Shown: positions 10,066 to 20,168, counted from the stretch's first letter. The stretch: DNA of 64,000 nt from Candidatus Latescibacterota bacterium (GCA_038279365.1 JAYODI010000012.1:3859-67858), one strand, 5' to 3'. Made by a program: numbers and translations. The notes: a model not told the origin generated them from the sequence alone.

Positions 10066-10557
10066 ATGAAATATATTCAAGCCTTAACCCTATGTATCTG
10101 CTTGGTAATTTTGTCCTGCACCACCCCCACCATTAAACGCGGTTATGGCCAAACCCCTGAAGAACTTGGCCAAGCCATTGTGGAGGCACTCAATGCCAGA
10201 TCAGAAGAAAGTCTTCACAGCTTGCGTGTCGACAAAGAACAATATGAAAAAGAGCTGTGGCCCGAATTTCCTTCCAGCCGCCCAGAACTCAATTTCACGC
10301 CCGAATTTGCCTGGGGAAATATGAATAAAAAGTGCCTCCAAGGCGTCTCCAAATGGGTGCGTATACACGGTGGAAAAAACTATGAATTTGTGCGCATACA
10401 GTTCACAAGCCCCACACAACCTTACAAAACATTCAAGTTGCGCCGCGGTACCCTGCTCACCATTCGAAATGCAGAAGGCAAAGAACAAGACTTAAAAATT
10501 CTTGGTTCGGTGGTAGAAAAAGACAATTATTATCGCCTTCTCAGTTATGACGACTGA
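10066..10557 (+). CDS. Hypothetical lipoprotein
   Basis: 163-aa ORF with lipobox-like LSC and AGGA RBS. Confidence 0.75.
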   Translation: MKYIQALTLCICLVILSCTTPTIKRGYGQTPEELGQAIVEALNARSEESLHSLRVDKEQYEKELWPEFPSSRPELNFTPEFAWGNMNKKCLQGVSKWVRIHGGKNYEFVRIQFTSPTQPYKTFKLRRGTLLTIRNAEGKEQDLKILGSVVEKDNYYRLLSYDD

Positions 10558-11498
10558 TCGCCTCATAGGCAAAGTATGCTTTGGGCTCATTGCCACAGGC
10601 TTGCTTTTTTTTCTGAAGGGCCACTGCTTTGCACAGTCCATTCACATTCCAGAGCACATTCCCAAAGTGCTCAACACACTACCTGTTTATTTTAAGCCCC
10701 TCGAACAAGCATTGCTCATAGATGCCTCCGATGGCATCCTCAACAGTTTTTCGCTCATAGATGCGGGTCTCATTGCTTCAGGTGCAACCACCAACTATAC
10801 ACTCTCCAAACACAAACGACAGTTTAAAACCTTACAACAACATGCCCTGCTTTCTATTCCCTATCTCATGCAAACCGAACGCATGGCTGTCGAAATCTTC
10901 AACTATCTTCACCGGCGCGTCTTGCGTCGCTTTGAAACCCGCCCCGTTACCCTACTCGACCTTTGGTCTAAGGGTCGTTATAATTGCGTAACCGCATCCT
11001 ATCTTTATCTGATTATCGCACGCACCTATGATCTACCAGTGATCATTATCGAAACCCCCATGCATGCCTACATCCAACTCCAAATATCTCCCCCCTTGCC
11101 CATTGAGCTCACGGTTCCAAACGGCGGATTTAACTTTTCCCAAACCCAAGAACAAGTCATCCAAAATCTACTCCTCGTGGGGCTAATCACACCCAAAGAC
11201 CTGACAACACACACCCAAAGCATTGTTTGAGGCATATCGAGAACGACAACGCGCACTCACGCCCGTGCAAGTACTGTCCGTTTTTTTTTATAATCGCGCA
11301 TTGTCCGCATTTGAACATTATAACCCCGCAGAAGCTTTCCAACATGCCTTAGCCGCCTACCTTATCCACCCAGAAGACCACCGCTACCAACGCCTTCTCC
11401 ACGACTTTGGCCTTGCATATGCAACAACCCTACACAGAGAAAACCAACAAGATGCCCGAAAAGCCATTTTGGCATACTTGGAGACCCTCAAAGAGTAG
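10547..11498 (+). pseudogene. Transglutaminase-like/TPR protein split by a frameshift (ORFs 10547-11230 and 11223-11498)
   Basis: GRYNCVT...PMHAY Cys/His motifs in the first part, TPR-like YNRA helices in the second; the frames join if (AC)4 at 11207-11214 gains one unit. Confidence 0.6.
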
Positions 11499-11605
11499 AT
11501 GAGGTAGACTTTTGGCTTTCGGCCACAAAATTTATGCCTACCCAACAACCTCACAAACAGATCCTACTGTTCATCAATTATTTTTTCTGTCATAATACTC
11601 CAGTC

Positions 11606-11634
11606 TTGACGCAGTGCCTTTTAAATATTATTAT
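11606..11634 (+). promoter_or_regulatory. Sigma70-type promoter of ppk1
   Basis: TTGACG-17 nt-TATTAT. Confidence 0.65.
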
Positions 11635-11705
11635 ATATTTTTTAGCGGTTTACCCGCTGAATCGCCCCATACCGTGTCCCCCGACACTTTCCCTCGGAGC
11701 AGGCG

Positions 11706-13853
11706 ATGAACCTGAAAGACCCCAAACTTTACACCAACCGCGAATTGTCGTGGCTACATTTCAATCAGCGCGTACTTCAAGAAGCCCGTGACCCCAAAAA
11801 CCCACTGCTTGAGCGTGTCAAATTTTTAGGCATTGTCGCCAACAACCTCGATGAATTTTTTGAAATTCGCGTGTCTGGTTTGTTGCAACAAGTTGAGGCC
11901 GGTCTGTCAGAATATGGCCCCGATGGTTTGCTCCCAGAAGAACAACTTCAAAACATTTCCAACATTGCCCATCAAATGGTCAAAGAACAATATGCCTGTT
12001 GGAATGAAGAATTGCGCCCAGCCCTTCGCCGCGCAGATGTCTACATTCGCACTCTTGACCGACTCAATCGCCAGGAAAAAACCTTTATAGAAGATTACTG
12101 TCGCCGCGAACTCCACCCTGTGCTCACGCCACTCACGGTGAATCCTGCACACCCCTTTCCGCGCGTTATCAACAAAGCGCTTTGCATTGCCGTTTTGCTC
12201 AAAAATCAAAGTGGCGACGTACAATTGGGCATTGTTCAGGTGCCACGCCTGTTGCCACGCCTCATCCGTTTGCCTCGAGAAGAAGAAGGCAAACGCATCG
12301 ACTTTGTTTTTTTGGCTGATCTTGTGCAAGCACATATTCCCGAACTTTTTCGCGGATACCGCATCATCGACAGTGCCGCTTTTCGCATCACGCGCAACAG
12401 CGATCTTTATTTAGACGAAGAAGAGGCCGATGATCTCCTCATTGCCATCCAAGACGAATTGCAAAATCGGCGCAAAGGAGATACAGTTCGGTTAGAAATT
12501 GAGCATGATGCAACACCGCAACTCGTCAAACGCTTGCAATCCATCTACAACCTCACAGAAGTACAGGTCTATCAAGTCAATGGCCCAGTCAACCTCAACC
12601 GCCTGTTGGGGCTTTACAGTGCCATTCCGCGCCCAGATCTCAAATTTGCACCCTATCAACCCATCGACCATTCCTTTGAAGAACTCGATACCCTATTTGC
12701 CGAAATGCGCCAACGCGACCTGCTTCTGCATCACCCCTACGATTCATTTAATCCCATTGTCCAATTTGTGCAAGCCGCGGCCAAAGATCCCACGGTCTTA
12801 GCAATCAAACAAACCCTTTACCGCACCAGTGAAGACTCACCCATCATAGATGCCCTTATTCGAGCAGCAGGCGCAGGCAAAGAAGTTACCGTAGTGGTCG
12901 AACTCAAGGCACGATTTGACGAAGAAACCAACATTCGCTGGGCACGTCGACTACAAGATGCGGGTGTGTATGTTGTTTACGGTGTGGTGGGCCTTAAAAC
13001 CCATTGCAAATTGTCCATGATTATCCGCCGTGAAAACGATGGCCTAAGACGATATGCCCATATCGGTACCGGCAATTACAATTCTTCTACCGCACGTTTT
13101 TACACAGACCTAAGCCTCATGACGGCCAGAGAAGACATCACCACCGATGTGGCCGAAGTATTTAACTTACTCACCACACAATCCGATCATCCCCAAGTGC
13201 GAAAAATTCTCGTAGCACCTCACACCATGCTCGATACCGTCGTTGGCAAAATTGAACGCGAAATGGAGCATGCACAAGCGGGTCGCCCTGCCCGCATTGT
13301 GGCCAAAATGAATTCCTTACAGGACGCCGAAGTCATTCGCGCCCTTTACCGGGCCTCACAGCAAGGTGTAGAAATTATTCTGATTGTTCGTGGCATCTGT
13401 TGCTTACGCCCAGGCATTGAAGGTGTCAGTGACAACATTCGCGTGATCAGCATCATTGGGCGGTACTTGGAGCACAGTCGTATCTTCTCTTTTGAAAATG
13501 GCGGCACCCCCGAAGTGCTCATTGGCAGTGCCGATTGGATGCCACGCAATTTACGACGGCGGGTTGAGATTTTATGCCCAGTAGAAGACCCCAAACTCAT
13601 CCAACGCATTCGCAGTGAAATTCTCAGCATCTGCATTGCAGACAATGTCAAAGCCCGTGAACTCTTACCCGATGGCAGTCACCAACGCATCACCATCCCT
13701 GCGGGCATCCCAAAAATATCTTCTCAAGACATATTGATGAAATTGGCCAATGGTGAACAAATCGAAATTCCCGACTTCTTTGCCATCCCCCCTGCCATAC
13801 ACAAACCAACACCCGCCGAAACGACGCCAGCGTCTGCAAATGCAGCCGACTAA
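11706..13853 (+). CDS. ppk1: Polyphosphate kinase 1
   Basis: NRELSWLHFNQRVL, NLDEFFEIRV, HHPYDSF, ELKARFDE, KTHCK, GTGNYN, LEHSR, SADWMPRNL. Confidence 0.97.
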   Translation: MNLKDPKLYTNRELSWLHFNQRVLQEARDPKNPLLERVKFLGIVANNLDEFFEIRVSGLLQQVEAGLSEYGPDGLLPEEQLQNISNIAHQMVKEQYACWNEELRPALRRADVYIRTLDRLNRQEKTFIEDYCRRELHPVLTPLTVNPAHPFPRVINKALCIAVLLKNQSGDVQLGIVQVPRLLPRLIRLPREEEGKRIDFVFLADLVQAHIPELFRGYRIIDSAAFRITRNSDLYLDEEEADDLLIAIQDELQNRRKGDTVRLEIEHDATPQLVKRLQSIYNLTEVQVYQVNGPVNLNRLLGLYSAIPRPDLKFAPYQPIDHSFEELDTLFAEMRQRDLLLHHPYDSFNPIVQFVQAAAKDPTVLAIKQTLYRTSEDSPIIDALIRAAGAGKEVTVVVELKARFDEETNIRWARRLQDAGVYVVYGVVGLKTHCKLSMIIRRENDGLRRYAHIGTGNYNSSTARFYTDLSLMTAREDITTDVAEVFNLLTTQSDHPQVRKILVAPHTMLDTVVGKIEREMEHAQAGRPARIVAKMNSLQDAEVIRALYRASQQGVEIILIVRGICCLRPGIEGVSDNIRVISIIGRYLEHSRIFSFENGGTPEVLIGSADWMPRNLRRRVEILCPVEDPKLIQRIRSEILSICIADNVKARELLPDGSHQRITIPAGIPKISSQDILMKLANGEQIEIPDFFAIPPAIHKPTPAETTPASANAAD

Positions 13854-13873
13854 AGCGAAAGCAGAAAAATATC

Positions 13874-13908
13874 AAAGCCCCAGAGAATCAGATTCTCTGG
13901 GGCTTTTT
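13874..13908 (+). terminator. Rho-independent terminator after ppk1
   Basis: AAAGCCCCAGAGAATC / GATTCTCTGGGGCTTTTT. Confidence 0.9.
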
Positions 13909-13972
13909 CATTTATCAACCAATCGATCAAATATCTCAGACATCGCTATGGATAAATAAACATAATTTAAAC

Positions 13973-14020
13973 TTGATAAAACTCTACATATCTGTATATT
14001 CGGATATTCAAATATATAGA
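13973..14020 (+). promoter_or_regulatory. ars promoter with putative ArsR operator
   Basis: TTGATA-16 nt-TATATT overlapped by the 30-bp imperfect palindrome TCTGTATATTCGGATATTCAAATATATAGA (13991-14020). Confidence 0.65.
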
Positions 14021-14048
14021 CATCAAATACTGCCAAAGGACTCCTAAA

Positions 14049-15125
14049 ATGCCAAACAAACCCAAACAACTTTCTTTTTTAGATCGCTACCTCACACTTT
14101 GGATATTTCTTGCCATGGCCATTGGTGTCGGTATAGGATATTTTGCGCCCAGCACCGTCAATCAAATCACTCAATTCCAAACAGGCAGCACATCTATTCC
14201 CATAGCCATTGGCTTAATTTTAATGATGTATCCCCCCCTTGCCAAAGTCAAATATGAAGAACTGGGAGAAGTCTTTCGCAATACAAAAATATTGGTCATT
14301 TCTCTCATTCAAAATTGGGTCATTGGCCCAATTTTGATGTTTGTATTGGCCATTGTCTTTCTGCACGATTATCCCGAATACATGATTGGTCTCATTATGA
14401 TTGGCTTAGCAAGATGTATTGCCATGGTCATCGTCTGGAACGAACTTGCCGATGGCGATTCTGAATATGCAGCCGGGTTGGTTGCATTTAATTCCGTTTT
14501 CCAAATCTTATTTTTTTCGATTTATGCCTATGTTTTTATCACCATATTACCCACTTGGTTTGGCTTAGAAGGCGTTGAAGTGCATATCACCATTGGGCAA
14601 ATCGCCAAAAGTGTATTTATTTATTTGGGCATCCCATTTATTGCGGGTCTGCTCACACGTGTCATATTGCTCAAATTAAAAAGCCGCACGTGGTATGAAC
14701 AAGTCTTCATTCCCAAAATCAGTCCCATCACGCTCATTGCCTTGCTCTTTACCATTGTGGTTATGTTTTCACTCAAAGGGGAATTCATTGTCAAAATCCC
14801 ACTCGATGTGTTTCGCATTGCCATACCGCTCATTATTTATTTTGTGATCATGTTTTTGATCTCTTTTTTGATGGGTAAAAAAGTGGGTGCCGACTACAGC
14901 AAAACCACCACCATTGCATTTACAGCCGCAAGCAACAATTTTGAGTTGGCCATTGCTGTCGCCATTGCCGTATTTGGCATTCACTCTGGGGCCGCGTTTG
15001 CGGCGGTGATCGGCCCATTGGTCGAAGTGCCCGTGCTGATCAGTTTGGTCAACGTTGCTTTCTTCTTTCAAAAAAAGTATTTTACCTACGATGCCAACCG
15101 CCCCATAAAAATTGAGGCCCCATAA
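14049..15125 (+). CDS. acr3: ACR3-family arsenite efflux transporter
   Basis: [52 protein letters not shown]. Confidence 0.96.
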   Translation: MPNKPKQLSFLDRYLTLWIFLAMAIGVGIGYFAPSTVNQITQFQTGSTSIPIAIGLILMMYPPLAKVKYEELGEVFRNTKILVISLIQNWVIGPILMFVLAIVFLHDYPEYMIGLIMIGLARCIAMVIVWNELADGDSEYAAGLVAFNSVFQILFFSIYAYVFITILPTWFGLEGVEVHITIGQIAKSVFIYLGIPFIAGLLTRVILLKLKSRTWYEQVFIPKISPITLIALLFTIVVMFSLKGEFIVKIPLDVFRIAIPLIIYFVIMFLISFLMGKKVGADYSKTTTIAFTAASNNFELAIAVAIAVFGIHSGAAFAAVIGPLVEVPVLISLVNVAFFFQKKYFTYDANRPIKIEAP

Positions 15126-15157
15126 AAAGCATGAGGCCTATCAATAAGGAGTGTTTT

Positions 15158-15523
15158 TTGAAAGAAGATCTTGCCATTTTCAAAGCCTGTGCAGATGAAA
15201 CCCGTTTGCGTATCCTCTTTTTACTTTCAGAACGCGAATTATGCGTGTGTGAATTGGTGGTCTTACTCAATCTGCCCCAAAGCAAAATATCACGCCACTT
15301 GGCCATTCTCAAAAATGCAACTTTGGTTTCTGACCGCCGCGATGGCACATGGATATATTATTCACTATTCAAAGCCAATACGGGTTTAAAACGCAAACTC
15401 CATACTTATTTGCGCCAAGAACGCACACACCTGCAAGTTGCTAATCAAGACATCGCGCGCTTGAATACCTTGGCCGATCAAGACAAAATTTGTGTGCCAA
15501 AACCTTCTTTGCAATCTGTCTAA
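15158..15523 (+). CDS. arsR: ArsR/SmtB-family repressor
   Basis: ADETRLRIL, ELCVCEL, SKISRHL. TTG start after AAGGAG (ORF track 15131). Confidence 0.92.
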   Translation: MKEDLAIFKACADETRLRILFLLSERELCVCELVVLLNLPQSKISRHLAILKNATLVSDRRDGTWIYYSLFKANTGLKRKLHTYLRQERTHLQVANQDIARLNTLADQDKICVPKPSLQSV

Positions 15524-15540
15524 CCTGAAAGTGCATGCTT

Positions 15541-15987
15541 ATGACCCCCAAGCTCCGCATCTTATTTCTTTGTACGGGCAATTCTTGTCGCAGTCAAATG
15601 GCCGAAGGATGGGTGCATCACCTAAAAAGCGAATATATAGAAGCCTATTCGGCTGGTATAAAAACGCACGGCTTAAACCCTAATGCGGTCAAAGTCATGG
15701 CCGAAGCCGGCATTGACATTTCGCATCAAAAATCTCAACATGTCGATGACTTCAAAGATATCCAATTTGACTATGTGATTACAGTTTGTGCCCATGCCCA
15801 CGAAAGTTGCCCCATATTTACGGGGTCGGCCCATATCATACACAGAGGCTTTGACGACCCGCCACACTTAGCACAAAATGCAAAAACAGAAACCGAAGCC
15901 CTCAACCACTATCGACGGGTCAGAGATGAAATTAAAACATTTGTACAATCACTGCCCGACGTGTTGCCTTCCAAAAACACCACTTAG
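15541..15987 (+). CDS. arsC: Thioredoxin-dependent arsenate reductase (LMW-PTP fold)
   Basis: CTGNSCRSQMAEG, VC..A..SCP, FDDP. Confidence 0.93.
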   Translation: MTPKLRILFLCTGNSCRSQMAEGWVHHLKSEYIEAYSAGIKTHGLNPNAVKVMAEAGIDISHQKSQHVDDFKDIQFDYVITVCAHAHESCPIFTGSAHIIHRGFDDPPHLAQNAKTETEALNHYRRVRDEIKTFVQSLPDVLPSKNTT

Positions 15988-16027
15988 TACGCATTTCACT
16001 TCGTAACCCTGCTTACAACTTCCAATA

Positions 16028-16243
16028 TTAACCTCTAACCCCCAATATCGCAGCCTTCCCCTCCTGAGATACATAGGCAGAAGCTACCTGATACAATTGT
16101 TGATTGACCTGATTGACAAAACGAACCACTTCTTCTTGGTCTTCCCAACTTTGAACACTGCCCAAAGAAATATGCTTATTACCCGTTTCCAAAGACACCC
16201 GAATATCACCCAACAAGCCCTTTTCACATCGCAATCTGCTCAT
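16028..16243 (-). CDS. Hypothetical 71-aa protein, probably Pho-regulated
   Basis: AAGGAG RBS and its own Pho-box promoter upstream. Confidence 0.7.
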   Translation of the reverse strand: MSRLRCEKGLLGDIRVSLETGNKHISLGSVQSWEDQEEVVRFVNQVNQQLYQVASAYVSQEGKAAILGVRG

Positions 16244-16333
16244 ACCACAGTCTCCTTAACCAGCGAAGTGTAAAAAACGAGACCCGCAATAGAATCTCTC
16301 CAAGAACATTGGGGGAGAACATTGAACGTCTTA

Positions 16334-16389
16334 AACATAAATATGAGGCGTTACAATTGTGTCACAGTTAGATCAAAGCTATGTGACAA
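16334..16389 (-). promoter_or_regulatory. Pho-box array (4 units) plus -10 element
   Basis: Minus strand TTGTCAC(16383), CTTTGAT, CTGTGAC, TTGTAAC(16350), 10 nt, TATGTT. Confidence 0.75.
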
Positions 16390-16418
16390 AAAAAAGCCGC
16401 AACAATTTGTTGCGGCTT
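16388..16418 (-). terminator. Rho-independent terminator
   Basis: AAGCCGCAACAA / TTGTTGCGGCTT with a long T-run on the minus strand. Confidence 0.85.
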
Positions 16419-16438
16419 CATTTTTAATCTTTCGTGAT

Positions 16439-16726
16439 TTATAGAACCGTTAACAAACAGTTCTTTTCCCCAAATTCATTGGAAACTTTTTCTGCTTCTG
16501 CATCATTTTGCCATTCCCCATCCACAACATAACGATATTCATACGTGCCCGGAGTGAGCAACATACTGGTCTTCCAAATATCTTTGGCATCACGTCGTAA
16601 CACCCGTGCCGATGTATCCCAGTTATTAAAAGAACCCACTAAGTTTACTTTTTTGGCGCCAGGTGCACAAAACTTAAACGAAACTCTCCGCCGAGAGGGC
16701 GCTTTCCGACCGTTTTTTCGAGGCAT
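16439..16726 (-). CDS. Stand-alone glycogen-binding (CBM48 / early-set) protein
   Basis: APGAKKVNLVGSFNNW, GTYEYRYVVDGEW, NEFG. Start at MPRKN after GGGAG. Confidence 0.88.
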   Translation of the reverse strand: MPRKNGRKAPSRRRVSFKFCAPGAKKVNLVGSFNNWDTSARVLRRDAKDIWKTSMLLTPGTYEYRYVVDGEWQNDAEAEKVSNEFGEKNCLLTVL

Positions 16727-16984
16727 ATTCACACTCCCTGATAAAAAACCTGATTTTGTAAATGAGCGTTTGCTTCGACGCATTGTATTGACGCAATTCA
16801 ATACTTAAAAAACAAAACACACGTCCAAAGCAAAACATCTTCCACCATTGAACACCTCAAAATATACAAGCAAATTTTTAAGTTTTTGTGAACATTTCAT
16901 AAAAAAATGAATACCAATGAAAAAATCTTAACAATTTATGTTACAAGTAGATTTCGATACCAAACACGTTTTCTGGACCGTGTT

Positions 16985-18826
16985 TTAAGCCAATGGCAAT
17001 GTCAAACCAAATGTCGATCCTTTACCTTGTTGGCTTTCTACATATACCCGTTCGCCATGTGCTTCCATAATATGCCGCACAATTGAAAGCCCCAAGCCCG
17101 TACCACCAACAGCACGTGACCGAGCTTGGTCCACGCGGTAAAAACGTTCAAAAATGCGCGACATAGACGCCAAAGGAATGCCAATGCCCGTATCTTGTAC
17201 TTCTATGGCAATGCGTTTTCCACTCACCATTTTATGTTCATTTGCCTGTTTTTGTTGCACGGGTACCACCATATGTGCAACAGGCCTCGTATCTTCTTTC
17301 GAAAAATAATTGGCCCGAACACGCACCGCCCCCCCTGTGGGTGTATACTTCACCGCATTGTCTAATAAATTGACCAACGCCTGCTCAATCAATTTGTGAT
17401 CACACCGCACCCAAATCTCTTCATCTAAAAAAATTTGTAAATCAATGTTCTTTTCAACAGATCTTGCCTTAACCTGCTCAATGGCTACTCCAACCATTTC
17501 TTGAACCGAACACACTTCGGGTTCAACAACCATCGTCCCCGACTCCATGCGAGACAAATCTAAAATATCTTCAACCAAATGATGCAATCGGTCTGCGTGA
17601 TTGTTGATCATGTCTACAAAGCGCTTGGCAGCATCAGGATCATCTAAAGCACCATCTGCCAATGTTGCAGCACATCCTTTGATTGCTGTCAAAGGGGTAC
17701 GCAACTCATGGGAAACATTGGCAACAAAATCCTTGCGTATGCGCTCCAATCTACGCAATTCTGTAATGTCATAAAAAACCGTCACACTCCCCACACACGC
17801 ACCATCTTGTAAAATGGGGGCCACATGGACATCCAAATAACGCTCTAAGCCATCTGACAACATCAAATTGAGATAAACCACTTGCCCAGACTTCATCGTC
17901 ATTTCAATGGCATCTTGTACATCTCTTTGACGCACCAATTCAATAGGCATACGCCCTATAGGATCTTGTGTTAAACCAAACAATTTTTCAAACGCGCGGT
18001 TTGCCATAGACACACGCCCGCTTTGTTCGGTCACCAAAATCCCTTCCGTAATGCTAATCAATACGGCTTCTAAGCGAGATTTTTCAAGTGTAATTTGACC
18101 AATTCGCGCCTGTATTTGCCGGCGCATTTCATCAAGCGCAGCCGACAAATCCTGTAACTCTTGACTGGTCGCCCCTGCCGGATGTCGTTGTGTATAAACA
18201 CCCGAAGCCACATCACGTGCAATACGTGTCATTTCAACAATCGGTCGAGACACATATCTCGAACTGCCATAAGACAACAGCAATGCCAACACAAGCCCCA
18301 ATACCGAAGCCATCCAAATGGCACGAGAAACAGGTTTTTTCATAAGCCCAACATCGCGCAATGGCATCGCAAGCCGCAACACAGTACGGCCATCTCCCAA
18401 CCCAGGCAAAGTGGCCGCCACATAAAGCATATCCGTATCCAAAGTTTGGCTATATCGCAACCGCCAACCTTGCCCTTTTTCCCAAGCCTCTTGTATTTCG
18501 GGGCGATCCGAATGATTTTGCAGCGCCTGAATGCCCTTTATAGGTACAGCCGAATCACCCAACACATTGCCTTTTGGGTCAATCAATGTCACACGCACAG
18601 CCAAAAGTTGACCCAATTCATCGGCCAATTGGTCAAACGACACATTTACCTGTGTGGCCTTTTCAGTGATCACCGCACGTGCCAACCGGGTTTCACGCAT
18701 CAGCGTTTCAGTTAAGTGATCAACCAAAAAGGTATGCATGGCCCGGTCCAAATACACATGCACCGACGCCATTACCATCACAACCACCGATACATATGTG
18801 AGCATCAGTTTCCAGTGCAAACGCAT
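16985..18826 (-). CDS. phoR: Phosphate-regulon sensor histidine kinase (HAMP-PAS-HisKA-HATPase)
   Basis: DFVANVSHELRTPLT, NLLDNAVKY, DTGIGI, FERFYRVD, GGTGLGL. Confidence 0.93.
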   Translation of the reverse strand: MRLHWKLMLTYVSVVVMVMASVHVYLDRAMHTFLVDHLTETLMRETRLARAVITEKATQVNVSFDQLADELGQLLAVRVTLIDPKGNVLGDSAVPIKGIQALQNHSDRPEIQEAWEKGQGWRLRYSQTLDTDMLYVAATLPGLGDGRTVLRLAMPLRDVGLMKKPVSRAIWMASVLGLVLALLLSYGSSRYVSRPIVEMTRIARDVASGVYTQRHPAGATSQELQDLSAALDEMRRQIQARIGQITLEKSRLEAVLISITEGILVTEQSGRVSMANRAFEKLFGLTQDPIGRMPIELVRQRDVQDAIEMTMKSGQVVYLNLMLSDGLERYLDVHVAPILQDGACVGSVTVFYDITELRRLERIRKDFVANVSHELRTPLTAIKGCAATLADGALDDPDAAKRFVDMINNHADRLHHLVEDILDLSRMESGTMVVEPEVCSVQEMVGVAIEQVKARSVEKNIDLQIFLDEEIWVRCDHKLIEQALVNLLDNAVKYTPTGGAVRVRANYFSKEDTRPVAHMVVPVQQKQANEHKMVSGKRIAIEVQDTGIGIPLASMSRIFERFYRVDQARSRAVGGTGLGLSIVRHIMEAHGERVYVESQQGKGSTFGLTLPLA

Positions 18827-18829
18827 AGC

Positions 18830-19528
18830 TTACATATTCCCCGAACGAAAGCGATACCCCACACCACGCACCGTTTCTACCAGATCACTGGCTTCACCCA
18901 GTTTTTCTCTCAACCGGCGCACATGTGTATCAACAGTGCGCCCATAACCACTGTATTCATATCCCCATACCGTATCCAACAAATCGTCGCGTGTCTGCAC
19001 ACGCCCACGCCGTTCTATCAGTGTAATCAACAACTTAAACTCCGTGCTGGTCAAATCCAAGGGCACATCGCGCAACAGAGCCTGATGTGCCGCTTTATCA
19101 ATGGTTAAAACACCTGCTTTAACAACCGCATCACCATCAACGACTTGTGTGCCAACACTCTGATTGCGTTTTAAAATGGCCCGAATGCGCAACACCAACT
19201 CACGCGGAGAAAACGGTTTGACCACATAATCATCGGCCCCCAACTCCAACCCCACAATTCGATCAATTTCCTCTTTGCGTGCAGTAAGCATCAAAATAGG
19301 AATTTCGCGTGTATTGGCATCTTGCTTTAACCGCTTACACACTTCTAACCCATCAATACCTGGCAACATTAAATCCAAAATGACCAAATCTGGGCGATCT
19401 TCATTGACGTGCTGTTGCACCAAATCACCCGCTTCAAGAACGGCCACCTCAAAACCTGCTTGTGCCAAATTATAGCGTACCATTTCTAAAATATCGGGCT
19501 CATCTTCTACAATTAAAACTTTGTTCAT
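18830..19528 (-). CDS. phoB: PhoB/PhoP response regulator cognate to PhoR
   Basis: VEDE, LDLMLP, KPFSPREL, RTVDTHVRRLREKL; adjacent to phoR. Start at MNKVL (ORF track 19570). Confidence 0.9.
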   Translation of the reverse strand: MNKVLIVEDEPDILEMVRYNLAQAGFEVAVLEAGDLVQQHVNEDRPDLVILDLMLPGIDGLEVCKRLKQDANTREIPILMLTARKEEIDRIVGLELGADDYVVKPFSPRELVLRIRAILKRNQSVGTQVVDGDAVVKAGVLTIDKAAHQALLRDVPLDLTSTEFKLLITLIERRGRVQTRDDLLDTVWGYEYSGYGRTVDTHVRRLREKLGEASDLVETVRGVGYRFRSGNM

Positions 19529-19626
19529 AACCCACCTTTCGAGAAAATGCTGAAAGCGTGTCTTAAGCACTCCAGTGATATCTACAAATATAAATAGAAT
19601 ACCAAAAATAAAAGACCATTTTCTAT

Positions 19627-19669
19627 AAAAAAAAACCCACTTCCCTGTCTATCAAACAAGGAAATGGGC
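19627..19669 (-). terminator. Rho-independent terminator
   Basis: Minus strand CCCATTTCCTTGT...ACAGGGAAGTGGG followed by T9. Confidence 0.8.
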
Positions 19670-19704
19670 TAATTCAAGCTTTATATATTCAGGAAGATCA
19701 GATA

Positions 19705-20058
19705 TTACGTTTCATTTAACGCCCGATGAACAGCAATCTTCAAATCACCTAAATTAAAAGGTTTAGGAATAATGGAAAACGGTTCCAAATTGCCCAAATT
19801 TTCTTCACTTACATTGGCAGATACAAAAATAAAAGGCAATTCGGGTTTTATTTTTTGTGCCTCAGACATCAGTTCAATACCGCTCATGCGAGGCATTTTG
19901 CAATCGCTTAAAACCAAATCAAGGGGTTCTGTTTTAACAATATCCAATGCAACCAAACCATCTTCGGCCTCAACAACATCTATCTCACCATCAGAAAACA
20001 ACAACGTATAAACCATTCTCACTTCTTCTTTATCATCAACAACAAGAATTCGCTTCAC
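19705..20058 (-). CDS. Single-domain response regulator (CheY-like)
   Basis: VVDD, LSDCKMP, FVSA, PKPF; no output domain. Confidence 0.9.
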   Translation of the reverse strand: MKRILVVDDKEEVRMVYTLLFSDGEIDVVEAEDGLVALDIVKTEPLDLVLSDCKMPRMSGIELMSEAQKIKPELPFIFVSANVSEENLGNLEPFSIIPKPFNLGDLKIAVHRALNET

Positions 20059-20112
20059 TTAAATGCCCCCCCAGGCAATATCATTGAAGAATCATTTAGA
20101 CAGGTGGCAAAG

Positions 20113-20168
20113 AATATAAAACAACTTCATCACACACCATTGACATCAATATGACAAGAATATGACAA
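20113..20168 (-). promoter_or_regulatory. Pho-box array (4 units) plus -10 element
   Basis: Minus strand TTGTCAT(20162), TTGTCAT(20151), ATGTCAA(20140), GTGTGAT(20129), 10 nt, TATATT. Confidence 0.85.
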
